Program-made: the position numbers and the translations under genes | Notes under the pieces: generated by a model | What the model was told of the DNA's origin: nothing | Database searches by the model: none | Seen by the model: only the letters and a program-made list of their open reading frames with translations | Source: an uncultured bacterium | GTDB lineage: Bacteria > Cyanobacteriota > Vampirovibrionia > Gastranaerophilales > JAILCC01 | Reading direction: 5' to 3' | DNA length: 64,000 nt | Assembly: GCA_949283935.1 (NCBI GenBank) | Contig: CASDUJ010000021.1 | Location: 107,627-171,626, forward strand | Shown: one piece after another, positions 45,707 through 55,172 of the stretch | Numbering within the stretch: position 1 is the first letter of the stretch | Layout: each line of letters begins with the position of its first letter

Positions 45707-46429
45707 ATGTTTAGTGAATTGTACGAAATTAAATATCATGAAATTTATTTGGATGGCATTTTAAAACCTGCTGTTTTGCTTGAGTTTTTAGAAGATATTG
45801 CGGCTAAAAATGCTGATGATTTGCATTTTGGTTATAACGAAATTACTCAAAGTAACTATGGTTGGTTTTTGTTGAAATATGCTATGGATTTTTATCTTTA
45901 TCCACAAAATCTAAAAAAAATTCAAATCAAAACTGAGCCCCGTGGTGCTAATAAACTTTTTGCATATAGAGATTTTCACGTATATGATGAAAATGACAAT
46001 TGTCTTGCAAAAATTGCAAGTACATGGGGATTGGTCGATTTAAAAACAAAAGCCATGATAAATCCTTTAGAAGTGTTTAGAAATAAAATGTTTCCATTTG
46101 AAAAAAAAGAAGATGATTTGAAATATAACAAAATTCCATTGATTACAAATATATCTTCTGAAAAAAAATTTGAAATCAGATATAACGATATTGATGTAAA
46201 TGAACATGTTAACAATGCTACTTACCTTCTTTGGGCTTTTGAGACTTTACCTATTGAATTTATTAAAAATAAAAAACTTTCAAGATTAGATATTAATTAC
46301 AAAAAAGAAATTAAATATGGTGGGATGGTTAAATCAATTGTTCAAATTAATGCGAATAATTCAATCCATAATTTAAAGAATGATTTGAATAATGAAGATT
46401 TATGTATTATTTCAGCTGAATGGAAGTAA
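45707..46429 (+). CDS. acyl-ACP thioesterase (FatA/FatB-like family)
   Basis: 240 aa with a double-hotdog pattern: YEIKYHEIYLDGILKPAVLLEFLEDIA...GWFLLKY... and ...RYNDIDVNEHVNNATYLLWAFE. Confidence 0.75.
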   Translation: MFSELYEIKYHEIYLDGILKPAVLLEFLEDIAAKNADDLHFGYNEITQSNYGWFLLKYAMDFYLYPQNLKKIQIKTEPRGANKLFAYRDFHVYDENDNCLAKIASTWGLVDLKTKAMINPLEVFRNKMFPFEKKEDDLKYNKIPLITNISSEKKFEIRYNDIDVNEHVNNATYLLWAFETLPIEFIKNKKLSRLDINYKKEIKYGGMVKSIVQINANNSIHNLKNDLNNEDLCIISAEWK

Positions 46430-46513
46430 TTTACTTTGTATTTAGCTTTTAAAAATTGACTTGTAGATTTGATTAAGATAAAATTTATTGTGAGGGTAGT
46501 TGCGGATATTCTT

Positions 46514-46774
46514 ATGAGTTTGGAAGAAGAAATAAAAAAGCTTATTATTGAATCTTTAGAGTTGGAAGATATTTCTTTGGCAGATATAAATGATGATGAT
46601 TCTCTTTTTGGAGATGGATTAGGTTTGGATAGTATTGATGCTCTTGAACTTGGTATGGCTTTGAAAAAAAAATATAATATAGCTTTAAGTTCTAATAAAG
46701 AGGATAACAAGAAGTATTTTTATTCTGTAAAAACACTTGCAGATTTTGTTAGAGAAAGGGCAGGAGAGATTTAG
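46514..46774 (+). CDS. acyl carrier protein 1
   Basis: GLGLDSIDALELGMAL phosphopantetheine-attachment motif. The start is uncertain: ATG at 46514 was chosen for an ACP-typical N-terminus, and in-frame GTG 46490 or TTG 46469 are possible. Confidence 0.75.
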   Translation: MSLEEEIKKLIIESLELEDISLADINDDDSLFGDGLGLDSIDALELGMALKKKYNIALSSNKEDNKKYFYSVKTLADFVRERAGEI

Positions 46775-47028
46775 TGGTAGTAAGTTTAACTAAAGAAGAA
46801 ATATTTAATAAATTAACTAATATTTTAGTCGATGATTTTGAGATTGATAAAAATTTAATTTCAAAAGATGCTGATTTGTTTGAAAATCTTGAATTAGATA
46901 GTATTGATGCAGTTGATTTGGCTGTAAAATTGCAAAGTATTACTCAACAAAAAATTTCTCCTGAAAATTTTAAACAAATTAAAACTATTGCCGATGTAGT
47001 AGATGCAGTTTATGAACTTATGCAGTAA
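46774..47028 (+). CDS. acyl carrier protein 2
   Basis: LELDSIDAVDLAVKL attachment motif. 84 aa, with a GTG start overlapping the ACP1 stop by 1 nt. Confidence 0.75.
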   Translation: MVVSLTKEEIFNKLTNILVDDFEIDKNLISKDADLFENLELDSIDAVDLAVKLQSITQQKISPENFKQIKTIADVVDAVYELMQ

Positions 47029-47030
47029 TT

Positions 47031-47435
47031 ATGAATTTAAAAAAAATTTTCCCTTCTACTTTTACTTTACTAATAATTCTGTTGTTCCATATTTCGCGAA
47101 TTGAATTTTTGAAATTATATCCTATTTTAGCTAATTTATTTATTTTTTTGCTTTTCTTTTCCTCTTTATTTCGAAAAGAAACTATTATACAGAAAATAGC
47201 AAAACAATGTGAAAGAAAAGAATTGGATGAATTCACCAAAAATTATACAAGAAAACTGACTTATGTTTGGTCTTGTTTTTTGGCAGTTAATGTATTTTTT
47301 GCTTTCATTACAACTTTTATGTCTGACGAAATCTGGATGTTGTATAATGGATTTATTTCTTATGTTCTTATAGGAATATTTTTTTTAGTAGAATATATTG
47401 TAAGAATAATATTGCGGAAAAGGGATAAAGTATAA
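47031..47435 (+). CDS. small integral membrane protein (ApeG/COG4648-like position)
   Basis: 134 aa with three or four hydrophobic helices. It sits between the ACP pair and the adenylating enzyme, as in aryl-polyene-type clusters. Confidence 0.55.
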   Translation: MNLKKIFPSTFTLLIILLFHISRIEFLKLYPILANLFIFLLFFSSLFRKETIIQKIAKQCERKELDEFTKNYTRKLTYVWSCFLAVNVFFAFITTFMSDEIWMLYNGFISYVLIGIFFLVEYIVRIILRKRDKV

Positions 47436-47440
47436 TATAT

Positions 47441-49075
47441 ATGTGTATTTTTGATTTGTTTTTATCACCTGAAAATGATAATAATATTGCTTTAAGAACT
47501 TCTTTTGGTGATTTAACTTTAAAAGAAGTAAAACAATATATTTTAAAAAGAAAAGAAGAATTTGAAAACAAAAAAATAAAAAACGTCGTTTTACTTGGTG
47601 AAAATCATTTTGATTTTATAATAAATTTTTGGGCTGCAATTTTTGCGGAGAAAAATTTATATTTAATTACAGATTCAAAAAGGTTATCTTGTCTAACAAT
47701 AGAACATATTTTGCCTGAAAAAATTACCGAAAAAGCTGAGAAACTTTCTAAATTTAAAATTCCCAATTTATCTGAAGTTAATTTCTTTACATCTGGTTCT
47801 ACAGGAATTCCTAAACTAATAAAAAAAAATTGGGAAGTTATTTTAAAAGAAGGAATTGATACGTATGATGAATTTCAATCTTTTTGGCCCAAAAGTCCTT
47901 TGGTGTTTACTACTTCAACCCCTGCACACATGTTTGTTTTGACTTTTTACGTTTTGTTATCTTTTTTAAAAAATTTTATTATAGATACTCGAAAAATTGA
48001 ATTTCCTGAACAACTTGAAGAACGTCTAAGGGATAACAGTATATTGGTGACTTCTCCATCTTTTTTAGAAACCTTACAAAAATATAATGTAAAGTTAAAT
48101 ATTGACAAATTATTAATTTTTTCTGCTGGAAATAAACTTCCGAAATCCACACATGAATATTTTGAAAATCAGAAAATTAATATAATAGATATTTATGGTT
48201 CTACAGAAACAGGTAATATTGCTTTTAAGGCTGTATCTACAGACAAATATCTTACTAAGTTTCGTAAAGTCAATTTGTATTTGAAAGAAAATTCTTTGGT
48301 AGTAAATTCTCCATTTTTTCTTGAAAATGAAATTTGTTTGTCTGATCAAGCTGAAATTCTGGATGAAAATCATTTTATTTTGCGAGGCAGAATTGATAGA
48401 CTTGTAAAAATTACAGAAAAAAGAGTTTCATTAATTGAGTTGGAAGAAAATTTAGCAAAATGTAAATTTGTTAAAAATTCTTATTGCTTTGAATATTCTA
48501 AAAAGCTTTGTGTGGCTATTGTTTTGTCAGATTTAGGTATTAAATATTTTTTAGAGCACGGAATTTTGCAAATAAAAAAAGAATTAAAAAAATATCTTTT
48601 AAATTTTGTTGAAATTGTTCCTTCTCGTTGGAAATTTTTATACGAAATTCCCAAAACAGAAAGAGGAAAAGTTGATATTAACTATTTAAATGAAGTGTTT
48701 TCTACAAAACTTTCTTTACCTTTAGTAACGAAGGTTATTTATTCTGAAAAAATGACTGAAATTGAAATGTTATTTCCTAAAACTTGCAATTTTTTTGAAG
48801 GACATTTCAAAAATTTTCCTATTGTTCCAGGGGTTGTACAACTTTATTTTGCTCAAAAATATATAGAAACTTTTTGTAAAGTAGATATAAAAGTTTGGCA
48901 AATAAAAAGAATTAAATTTTCCAATGTAATTTTGCCAGATACGATTATTAAACTGAGATTGATAAATCAACATAATTTTGTGACTTTTGAATTTTTAAAT
49001 CAAAATGGTGAAATTTACTCTTCAGGAAATTTTACAAAATTCAAACAAAAAATAGAAACGGTGGATAAATTATGA
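47441..49075 (+). CDS. AMP-dependent ligase (acyl-ACP/CoA ligase type) fused to a FabA/FabZ-like hotdog dehydratase
   Basis: Adenylation motifs FFTSGSTGIPKLI, YGSTETG and PKTERGKVD, followed by a C-terminal about 110 aa with FFEGHFKNFPIVPGVVQL (dehydratase His and PGV motif). Confidence 0.75.
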   Translation: MCIFDLFLSPENDNNIALRTSFGDLTLKEVKQYILKRKEEFENKKIKNVVLLGENHFDFIINFWAAIFAEKNLYLITDSKRLSCLTIEHILPEKITEKAEKLSKFKIPNLSEVNFFTSGSTGIPKLIKKNWEVILKEGIDTYDEFQSFWPKSPLVFTTSTPAHMFVLTFYVLLSFLKNFIIDTRKIEFPEQLEERLRDNSILVTSPSFLETLQKYNVKLNIDKLLIFSAGNKLPKSTHEYFENQKINIIDIYGSTETGNIAFKAVSTDKYLTKFRKVNLYLKENSLVVNSPFFLENEICLSDQAEILDENHFILRGRIDRLVKITEKRVSLIELEENLAKCKFVKNSYCFEYSKKLCVAIVLSDLGIKYFLEHGILQIKKELKKYLLNFVEIVPSRWKFLYEIPKTERGKVDINYLNEVFSTKLSLPLVTKVIYSEKMTEIEMLFPKTCNFFEGHFKNFPIVPGVVQLYFAQKYIETFCKVDIKVWQIKRIKFSNVILPDTIIKLRLINQHNFVTFEFLNQNGEIYSSGNFTKFKQKIETVDKL

Positions 49076-49482
49076 ACATATCAGCAACAATAACAAAAGA
49101 TATTCCATTTTATGATTTGGACCCTATGCAAGTGGTTTGGCATGGAAATTACATTAAGTATATGGAAGATGCAAGATGTGCTTTATTGGAAAAGTTAAGC
49201 TATACATATGATGATATGAAAACCGAAAATATTGCTTATCCTGTAGCAAAATTGGAAATAAAGTACATAAAACCTTGCAGATTTGCTCAAAAAATAAATA
49301 TAAAGGCTATATTGAATGAATATGATCCTTGTTTGATAATTTCATATGAAATATATGATGCGAATACCAATGAAAAAATGCTGAAAGCAAAAACCATGCA
49401 GATATGTATAGACATAAAAACTTATACAACAATATACACTCCGCCCAAAAAACTTTTAGAAGGAGTAAAAAACTATGTATAA
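49072..49482 (+). CDS. 4HBT/YbgC-type acyl thioesterase
   Basis: 136 aa with PFYDLDPMQVVWHGNYIKYMEDAR (hotdog thioesterase catalytic Asp region). ATGA overlap with the upstream gene. Confidence 0.7.
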   Translation: MNISATITKDIPFYDLDPMQVVWHGNYIKYMEDARCALLEKLSYTYDDMKTENIAYPVAKLEIKYIKPCRFAQKINIKAILNEYDPCLIISYEIYDANTNEKMLKAKTMQICIDIKTYTTIYTPPKKLLEGVKNYV

Positions 49483-50002
49483 AATTATTTTTTTGATTCT
49501 TATTTTGTTTTTATTTTCACCTAAAGTTTTGGCAGATGTTTTTGATAAGCCATCTAATGTTTCTTCTGTTGTGAAATCTTTACCTGAAATTAAAAATGTG
49601 TCTTGTAAATTTACACAAGAAAAATTTATTGCTAATTCTGCAATGACTTTAAAATCAGGTGGTAATTTTGTTTTTGATAGAAACAATGGAGTAATTTTTG
49701 AAACCTTATACCCTGTTAAATCAACTGTATCTTATAGTTCTAATTCTAACAAACAAATAAACAGAGTAGTAAACTCTATAATAAATAAAAATTATTCAGA
49801 TTTAGAAAAAAATTTCAATATTTATTTTGAAAAAAATTCTCTATTATGGAGCTTAGGTCTTATTCCCAGACGTGAAACTGCTACGGCAGAGGTAATTGAT
49901 AAATTAAAAATATCAGGCAATAGTTATATCAAAACAATTGAAATTAAAACTATTGGAGGAGATATAACAACTCTCAATTTTACATGTTCAGAAAGGCAAT
50001 AA
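49475..50002 (+). CDS. LolA-like periplasmic lipid/lipoprotein carrier
   Basis: Signal peptide MYKIIFLILILFLFSPKVLA/DV, then CKFTQEK.....MTLKSGGNFVFDR..GVIFETLYP, the LolA-family pattern. 175 aa. Confidence 0.6.
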   Translation: MYKIIFLILILFLFSPKVLADVFDKPSNVSSVVKSLPEIKNVSCKFTQEKFIANSAMTLKSGGNFVFDRNNGVIFETLYPVKSTVSYSSNSNKQINRVVNSIINKNYSDLEKNFNIYFEKNSLLWSLGLIPRRETATAEVIDKLKISGNSYIKTIEIKTIGGDITTLNFTCSERQ

Positions 50003-52191
50003 TGGAAAAATTTAATATTTATAAGATTGTATTTGTATTTTGTTTATTCTCTTTAATTCTTGTTGGTTTTTTAAAACATCCAATTATTGAAACTAATATT
50101 TTAAAAGCAATTTTGCCTGATAACGAAAAAAGCTCTGTAATTTTTTATCTAGCCAATAAAAGTTCTGCAAAAATTAATTTTACTGTTGAAGCTTCTAGCA
50201 AAGATCAATTGTTAAAAACTACTTTTGCAATAAAAGATGAAATTAAAAATATGGATATGCCATTTGTTAGACCTAATTTTAAAGAAATTTTCGAATTGTA
50301 TAAAAATTACCCTATTAATTTTTTATCAAGATCATTGAGAAAAGAATTATCCAAAAATAATTTAGATAAATTCGTTATTGAAAAAAAAATTAGTTTATAT
50401 GATCCTTTATACTCTTCTGTTACAATTTTGCCTTTAGCTCAAGATCCTTTTATGTTATTAACTGATTATTTTGCTAATCTTTCTAATGAAAACAATTATT
50501 TGTTTTTTGACAAAGATGATAAATTTTATAGCGTTTTTTCATATTATTTTGACAAAAATTTATCATTATCTCCAGCAAATCTTAATAAACAAATTGAAAA
50601 ATTAATTCGTCTTCAAGATAAATACAATACCAATGAAATCAAAATATACATTTCAGGAGCTCCTGTTCATGCTTATTTTGCGAGTAAAACTTCTGCAAGA
50701 GATATTAATTTTGTTTCTTTGGTTTCTGTATGTTTTGTTTTTTCTTTAATTTTCTATTATTTTAAGTCCTTCAAGCCTATTGTTGCTGTTTCTCTTTCGA
50801 TTTTGTTTGCAATACTGGCTGGGTATGCTATGTCGGCTATTTTTTTTAGTTCCATTCATATATTGACATTTGTTTTTTCTACTTCATTAATTGGAATTTG
50901 CATAGATTATTCTTTGCATTTTTTTGTTGAATACAAAGAAAATGTTTCTCCAACTAAAATTATACATAAAATTTCCAAAAGTCTCACTGTAAGCTTATTT
51001 ACTACTATTTGTGCTTTCGGGATTTTGTTTTTTTCAAAAATCTCTTTGCTTCAACAAATTGCTGTTTTTACTATTACAGGGCTTGTTAGTGTTTACTTAA
51101 TTGTTATTTTATTTTATCCTGTGTTTTTTAAAGGTGCAGTTAACCTAAATGAAGTTACAAAATTTAATTTTTCTATTAGTAAAAACTTTTCTATTTTAAT
51201 ATTTGCATTAGCTGCGTTTATTATGCTAATTGGTTTTCCGATGTTTAAAATAAACAATGATATCACTCTAATGTATAAACCAAACGAAAAATTATTAGTT
51301 GCGGAAAATTTATATAATGTTTTAATGCAAAAAGATACAAAATTTTTACTTGTAAAAAGTTCACGACAAGAAAATTTTCAAAAACACATAGAGTTAGAAG
51401 AATCAATAATTGATAGTATTTTGGAACTTTATCCTGATGCAAAAATTGAAGCTTTTTCTAAATATGTTCCATCTGTTAAAAGACAGACAGAGAATGTAGA
51501 ATTAATATCTAATTTATACAAAAAGAAGCTTTTTGAGTATGCGGATTTTCTAGACATTTCTCAAAAAAAATTGTTGCTGGAAAATATTAAAAATGTCAGT
51601 TTTTTTGTATATAAACCTGAGGAATATAAATTTTTAAATGATTTTTTTGTGAAAAAAAACACGTCTTTAGTTATTCTTGAAAATGTTCCTGATATTTCTA
51701 TTGTAACTAACAATCCCAATATTATTTCTATAAATCTCAAAAAGGATTTATCCGGAATTATAAGTGAGTGCAGTCAAAAATGCTTGAGGCTTATATTGCC
51801 AGCTTTTTTGGTAATGTTATTAGGTTTGACGTTTGTGTTTAATATAAAAAATGCATTGATTCTTGTATTGCCATCTTGTATTGCAAGTTGTCTCACATTA
51901 ATTATTCCTACTTTTTTTCATCAGCAAATAAATTTTTTCCATTTATTATCTGTGTTTTTAATTATTGGTTTTGGAATTGATTATTCTATTTTTAGGTTCA
52001 ATGGCTCGCGTAATGCGGGAGATGCAGTATTTTTGTCAGCTGTTACGACTATTTTTTCTTTTTCTTTGTTAGCTTTTACAGAATTTAAATTGGTCAGTTC
52101 CATTGGATTTGCTTTGGCAGTGGGATTGTTTTTTTCTTATTTGTTTAGTTTTATTGTTATTAGGAAAAATCAAAATGACAAATTGGTATAA
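50002..52191 (+). CDS. MMPL/RND-superfamily exporter
   Basis: Two blocks of about six TM helices, each preceded by a soluble loop. GICIDYSLHF and GFGIDYSIF are MMPL-type motifs. Start set at ATG 50002 (TAATG overlap with the LolA-like gene). Confidence 0.75.
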   Translation: MEKFNIYKIVFVFCLFSLILVGFLKHPIIETNILKAILPDNEKSSVIFYLANKSSAKINFTVEASSKDQLLKTTFAIKDEIKNMDMPFVRPNFKEIFELYKNYPINFLSRSLRKELSKNNLDKFVIEKKISLYDPLYSSVTILPLAQDPFMLLTDYFANLSNENNYLFFDKDDKFYSVFSYYFDKNLSLSPANLNKQIEKLIRLQDKYNTNEIKIYISGAPVHAYFASKTSARDINFVSLVSVCFVFSLIFYYFKSFKPIVAVSLSILFAILAGYAMSAIFFSSIHILTFVFSTSLIGICIDYSLHFFVEYKENVSPTKIIHKISKSLTVSLFTTICAFGILFFSKISLLQQIAVFTITGLVSVYLIVILFYPVFFKGAVNLNEVTKFNFSISKNFSILIFALAAFIMLIGFPMFKINNDITLMYKPNEKLLVAENLYNVLMQKDTKFLLVKSSRQENFQKHIELEESIIDSILELYPDAKIEAFSKYVPSVKRQTENVELISNLYKKKLFEYADFLDISQKKLLLENIKNVSFFVYKPEEYKFLNDFFVKKNTSLVILENVPDISIVTNNPNIISINLKKDLSGIISECSQKCLRLILPAFLVMLLGLTFVFNIKNALILVLPSCIASCLTLIIPTFFHQQINFFHLLSVFLIIGFGIDYSIFRFNGSRNAGDAVFLSAVTTIFSFSLLAFTEFKLVSSIGFALAVGLFFSYLFSFIVIRKNQNDKLV

Positions 52192-53107
52192 TATAAAAGA
52201 ACGTTCGGCTGGCGAATTACGTCTATATATTTTATGGATTATTTACAAATTTTTAGGAAAATTTTGTTTGGATTTTGTCGTTTTTTTTGTTGCTTTTATT
52301 TCCTTTATTTTTGCTAGTGAAATTAGGATGTACTCTGAAAAATATCTTCTTGTTTTATCTGCGTTTACTAAAGCAAAAATAAAACCTTCTTTTTTTAATT
52401 TATTTAAACATTATTTGTCTTACGCTTATTCACTTTCAGATAAGATTGAAATATTTTCTGGTAAATTTAAGTGTGAAAATATTTATTTTGAATCTGATTT
52501 AGATGCTAAAAAACTTTTTAATGATTTTGAACAAAATAAAGGAGTATTTTTTATTTGTAATCATATTGGCAATATTGATGTTATGCGCGCATTTTTGTTT
52601 TCTAGTTTTAAATATTCTAATATGAAAGTTAATGTATTTTTGCAACAAAATCAAACGAAAATTTTTAATGAATTTTTAAAAAAAATTTCTGCTGATACTC
52701 CTATATCAGTTTATCCCGTTGAAAATATTGGTATTGATACGGCTATTGAAATAAAAGAAAAACTTTCAAAAGGTGAAATTGCTTTTATGGCAGGTGATAG
52801 AATTTCGGCACAAAACTCCAATGCTGTATTTGTTGCTGATTTTTTGCAAAAAAAAGTAAAATTTCCGCTGGGAACATTTAAGTTTGCTTTATTGACTGAA
52901 GTACCCATATATTTTGTTTCTTGTCTTAAAACTCGTAAAAATTTTTATAAAATCATTTTAAATAAACCTGCCATTACCTATAAAAATAAAAAGAAAGATT
53001 TATTAATATTACAAAATGATTTTGTGAAATTTTTAGAAAATATTACTGTACAATATCCTTTTCAATTTTATCATTTTTATGATCTGTTTAATGAGGATTA
53101 TATATAG
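52175..53107 (+). CDS. LPLAT-superfamily acyltransferase with N-terminal TM segments
   Basis: FICNHIGNIDV is the HX4D acyltransferase motif, and MAGDR is block III-like. Start set at ATG 52175 (MTNWYNIK), overlapping the MMPL gene end. Confidence 0.65.
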   Translation: MTNWYNIKERSAGELRLYILWIIYKFLGKFCLDFVVFFVAFISFIFASEIRMYSEKYLLVLSAFTKAKIKPSFFNLFKHYLSYAYSLSDKIEIFSGKFKCENIYFESDLDAKKLFNDFEQNKGVFFICNHIGNIDVMRAFLFSSFKYSNMKVNVFLQQNQTKIFNEFLKKISADTPISVYPVENIGIDTAIEIKEKLSKGEIAFMAGDRISAQNSNAVFVADFLQKKVKFPLGTFKFALLTEVPIYFVSCLKTRKNFYKIILNKPAITYKNKKKDLLILQNDFVKFLENITVQYPFQFYHFYDLFNEDYI

Positions 53108-53591
53108 GTTTTCCTGATTTAACATAAGCAAGCAGTATTTGCTTGCATTGCTCTACTTCTATATTACCAGTTACTGAAATTCCTTTTTGTGCAAAAATAT
53201 TTATCCAATTTGGTTTGTAACCTTCATCAAAACTTGTTATCTTTTCTACTTCTTTAGAAGGGAGACCAAAGTATACAGATTTTATCCCTGACCACATAAT
53301 TGCTCCCACACACATAATACAAGGTTCAGCTGTTATACATAGAGAAAAATTGTAAGCTGATAAATCATAGGTATTAAATTTTTTTTGAACTATTCTAATC
53401 ACATTAGTCTCTGCATGATTCAATGCACAGTTGTCATTAACGACACTATTGTGGGCTAATTCAATAATTTCTCCTCTTTGGCCGCAAATTGCTGCAGAAA
53501 ACGGTCCGTAACCTTGTTTTTGGGCCAATAGATTTTTGGCGCATAATTCTTTTATGATTTTGTGGGCATAGTTAATATAATTGTTCTGCAT
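53088..53591 (-). CDS. CMP/dCMP-type zinc deaminase (nucleoside/guanine/tRNA-adenosine deaminase family)
   Basis: HAETNVI and TAEPCIMCVGAI (H-A-E ... PC-x2-C zinc site). Start moved to MQNNYIN (ATG at 53591). Confidence 0.8.
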   Translation of the reverse strand: MQNNYINYAHKIIKELCAKNLLAQKQGYGPFSAAICGQRGEIIELAHNSVVNDNCALNHAETNVIRIVQKKFNTYDLSAYNFSLCITAEPCIMCVGAIMWSGIKSVYFGLPSKEVEKITSFDEGYKPNWINIFAQKGISVTGNIEVEQCKQILLAYVKSGKPIYNPH

Positions 53592-53667
53592 TAGCAATCC
53601 TTCAAATCCTTCCAATATTATACCATATTTTCTTGATTACTTCTCATTTATGTTGTATCTTTTTGTT

Positions 53668-55026
53668 ATGAGAAAAATATTTAGTTTGGTTTTAATAGTA
53701 CTTTTTGCCTTAAGTAATTCAATAAATGCTGCTGATTATTTTACCATGGGAAAAACTGCTTTTGCCCAAAAAAATTACAGACAAGCAAATATTTATTTTG
53801 TGCAGGCTTTGACCCAAGACCCCAATAATGCAAATTGCAGATATTTCTACGCACAAACTTTAACTTATCTAAAAAATTACGAACAAGCTAGAAAAGAATA
53901 TGGTTATGTGATACAGCTTGCGCCTTCTTCTGTTGCCGCCGATTATTCTCAGCAAGCTATCATGTATTTGGATCAAATGTATTTTTCTACTAAACCTAAA
54001 CAAAATTCATCAGATTCTGTTGCTTCTAGCGATAACTATCTAAAAAAAGCTTTAACTTCTAATGGGGAACTTGTTACGTGGGATTTGGATAAAATGCCAT
54101 TAAAAATTTATCTTGATAATTCTTATAGAGTTCAAAATTTTTATATTGATGCGGCTAAAAGTGCTTTAAGTAGTTGGCAACAGGCAAGCGATGGGCTTAT
54201 CAGTTTTGCATATACAGTTGATCCAAATTTAGCTGATGTTAAAATTGTCTTTAAAGGAGTTGCGCAGAAAACTGAAAATCAAATTCTTGGGCTTACTCAA
54301 CATACAAGTAAAAATGGATATATAGACAAAGTACAAGTTACTTTGTATACTTTAGGACCTAATTACAAAATGCTTACTGCGGCAGATGTGTACAATGTTG
54401 CATTGCACGAATTTGGGCATATGCTTGGAATTTGGGGGCATAGTGATTCGAAAAATGACGTAATGTATTCTCTTTATGATGTGCATGGGCAATCTAATAG
54501 AATAAATCTTTCAAATAGTGACAAAAATACAATAAAAGCTTTGTATGAAATTGATAAAAATCCATATTCTACTACTTCAAATTCTATTAATAAAGTATTA
54601 GGAAACAAAGTTGATAGAATGAGTGCAAAGCTTCAGCAAAATTTAGATTATGTAAAATCAGTTCCTGGCAATCCTATAGGTTACATAAATGTTGCTAATA
54701 CATACAAAGCCATGAATAAAGAATATGAGGCAATTTCTTATTATAAAAAAGCTTTGACAATTGATAGGAACAATAAGGATGCTAATTTGGCTTTGGCTAC
54801 TATATATTTTAATCGTAATGATTTAAAAAATGCAGAAATATACTATAAAAATTTGATAAAAATTGAACCTAAAAATCCACATTCATATTGTAATTTAATA
54901 AATCTTTACATTCGTAATAACAAACTTTCGAATGCAAATGCTACACTTTCAAGTTTGCTGTATAGAAATCCTGATGCTAAAAATCAAGATTGCATAAAAT
55001 CAATTATAAAAACATTAGGAAGGTAA
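53668..55026 (+). CDS. secreted TPR-repeat protein with central matrixin-like (metzincin) zinc protease domain
   Basis: Signal peptide MRKIFSLVLIVLFALSNSINA, TPR units at both ends (e.g. NANCRYFYAQTL..., ANTYKAMNKEYEAISYYKKALTID) and a central VALHEFGHMLGIWGHS followed by DVMY (Met-turn-like). Confidence 0.7.
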   Translation: MRKIFSLVLIVLFALSNSINAADYFTMGKTAFAQKNYRQANIYFVQALTQDPNNANCRYFYAQTLTYLKNYEQARKEYGYVIQLAPSSVAADYSQQAIMYLDQMYFSTKPKQNSSDSVASSDNYLKKALTSNGELVTWDLDKMPLKIYLDNSYRVQNFYIDAAKSALSSWQQASDGLISFAYTVDPNLADVKIVFKGVAQKTENQILGLTQHTSKNGYIDKVQVTLYTLGPNYKMLTAADVYNVALHEFGHMLGIWGHSDSKNDVMYSLYDVHGQSNRINLSNSDKNTIKALYEIDKNPYSTTSNSINKVLGNKVDRMSAKLQQNLDYVKSVPGNPIGYINVANTYKAMNKEYEAISYYKKALTIDRNNKDANLALATIYFNRNDLKNAEIYYKNLIKIEPKNPHSYCNLINLYIRNNKLSNANATLSSLLYRNPDAKNQDCIKSIIKTLGR

Positions 55027-55172
55027 TTGCGAAAAAATCTAAAGTTTCCTTGATTGTTTTTTTTGCATGTAAGATAAAAAAATGCTAATATCTTCTAAAT
55101 TGTTTTTAGTTTTCTGGTTGTATTTAATTGAATTGTTACTATAATTTGCTTTTGCTTGTAAAGGAGTAATTT

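Noticed and set aside
46342-46710. Minus-strand 122-aa ORF spanning the thioesterase/ACP junction
   Set aside because: It is antisense to the acyl-ACP thioesterase 3' end and to ACP1, which has a clear phosphopantetheine motif. It has no RBS and a low-complexity translation.
52103-52174. N-terminal extension of the acyltransferase ORF (MDLLWQWDCFFLICLVLLLLGKIK)
   Set aside because: It lies entirely within the last TM-coding part of the MMPL gene in another frame. The ATG at 52175 gives a sensible start with a short overlap typical of this cluster.
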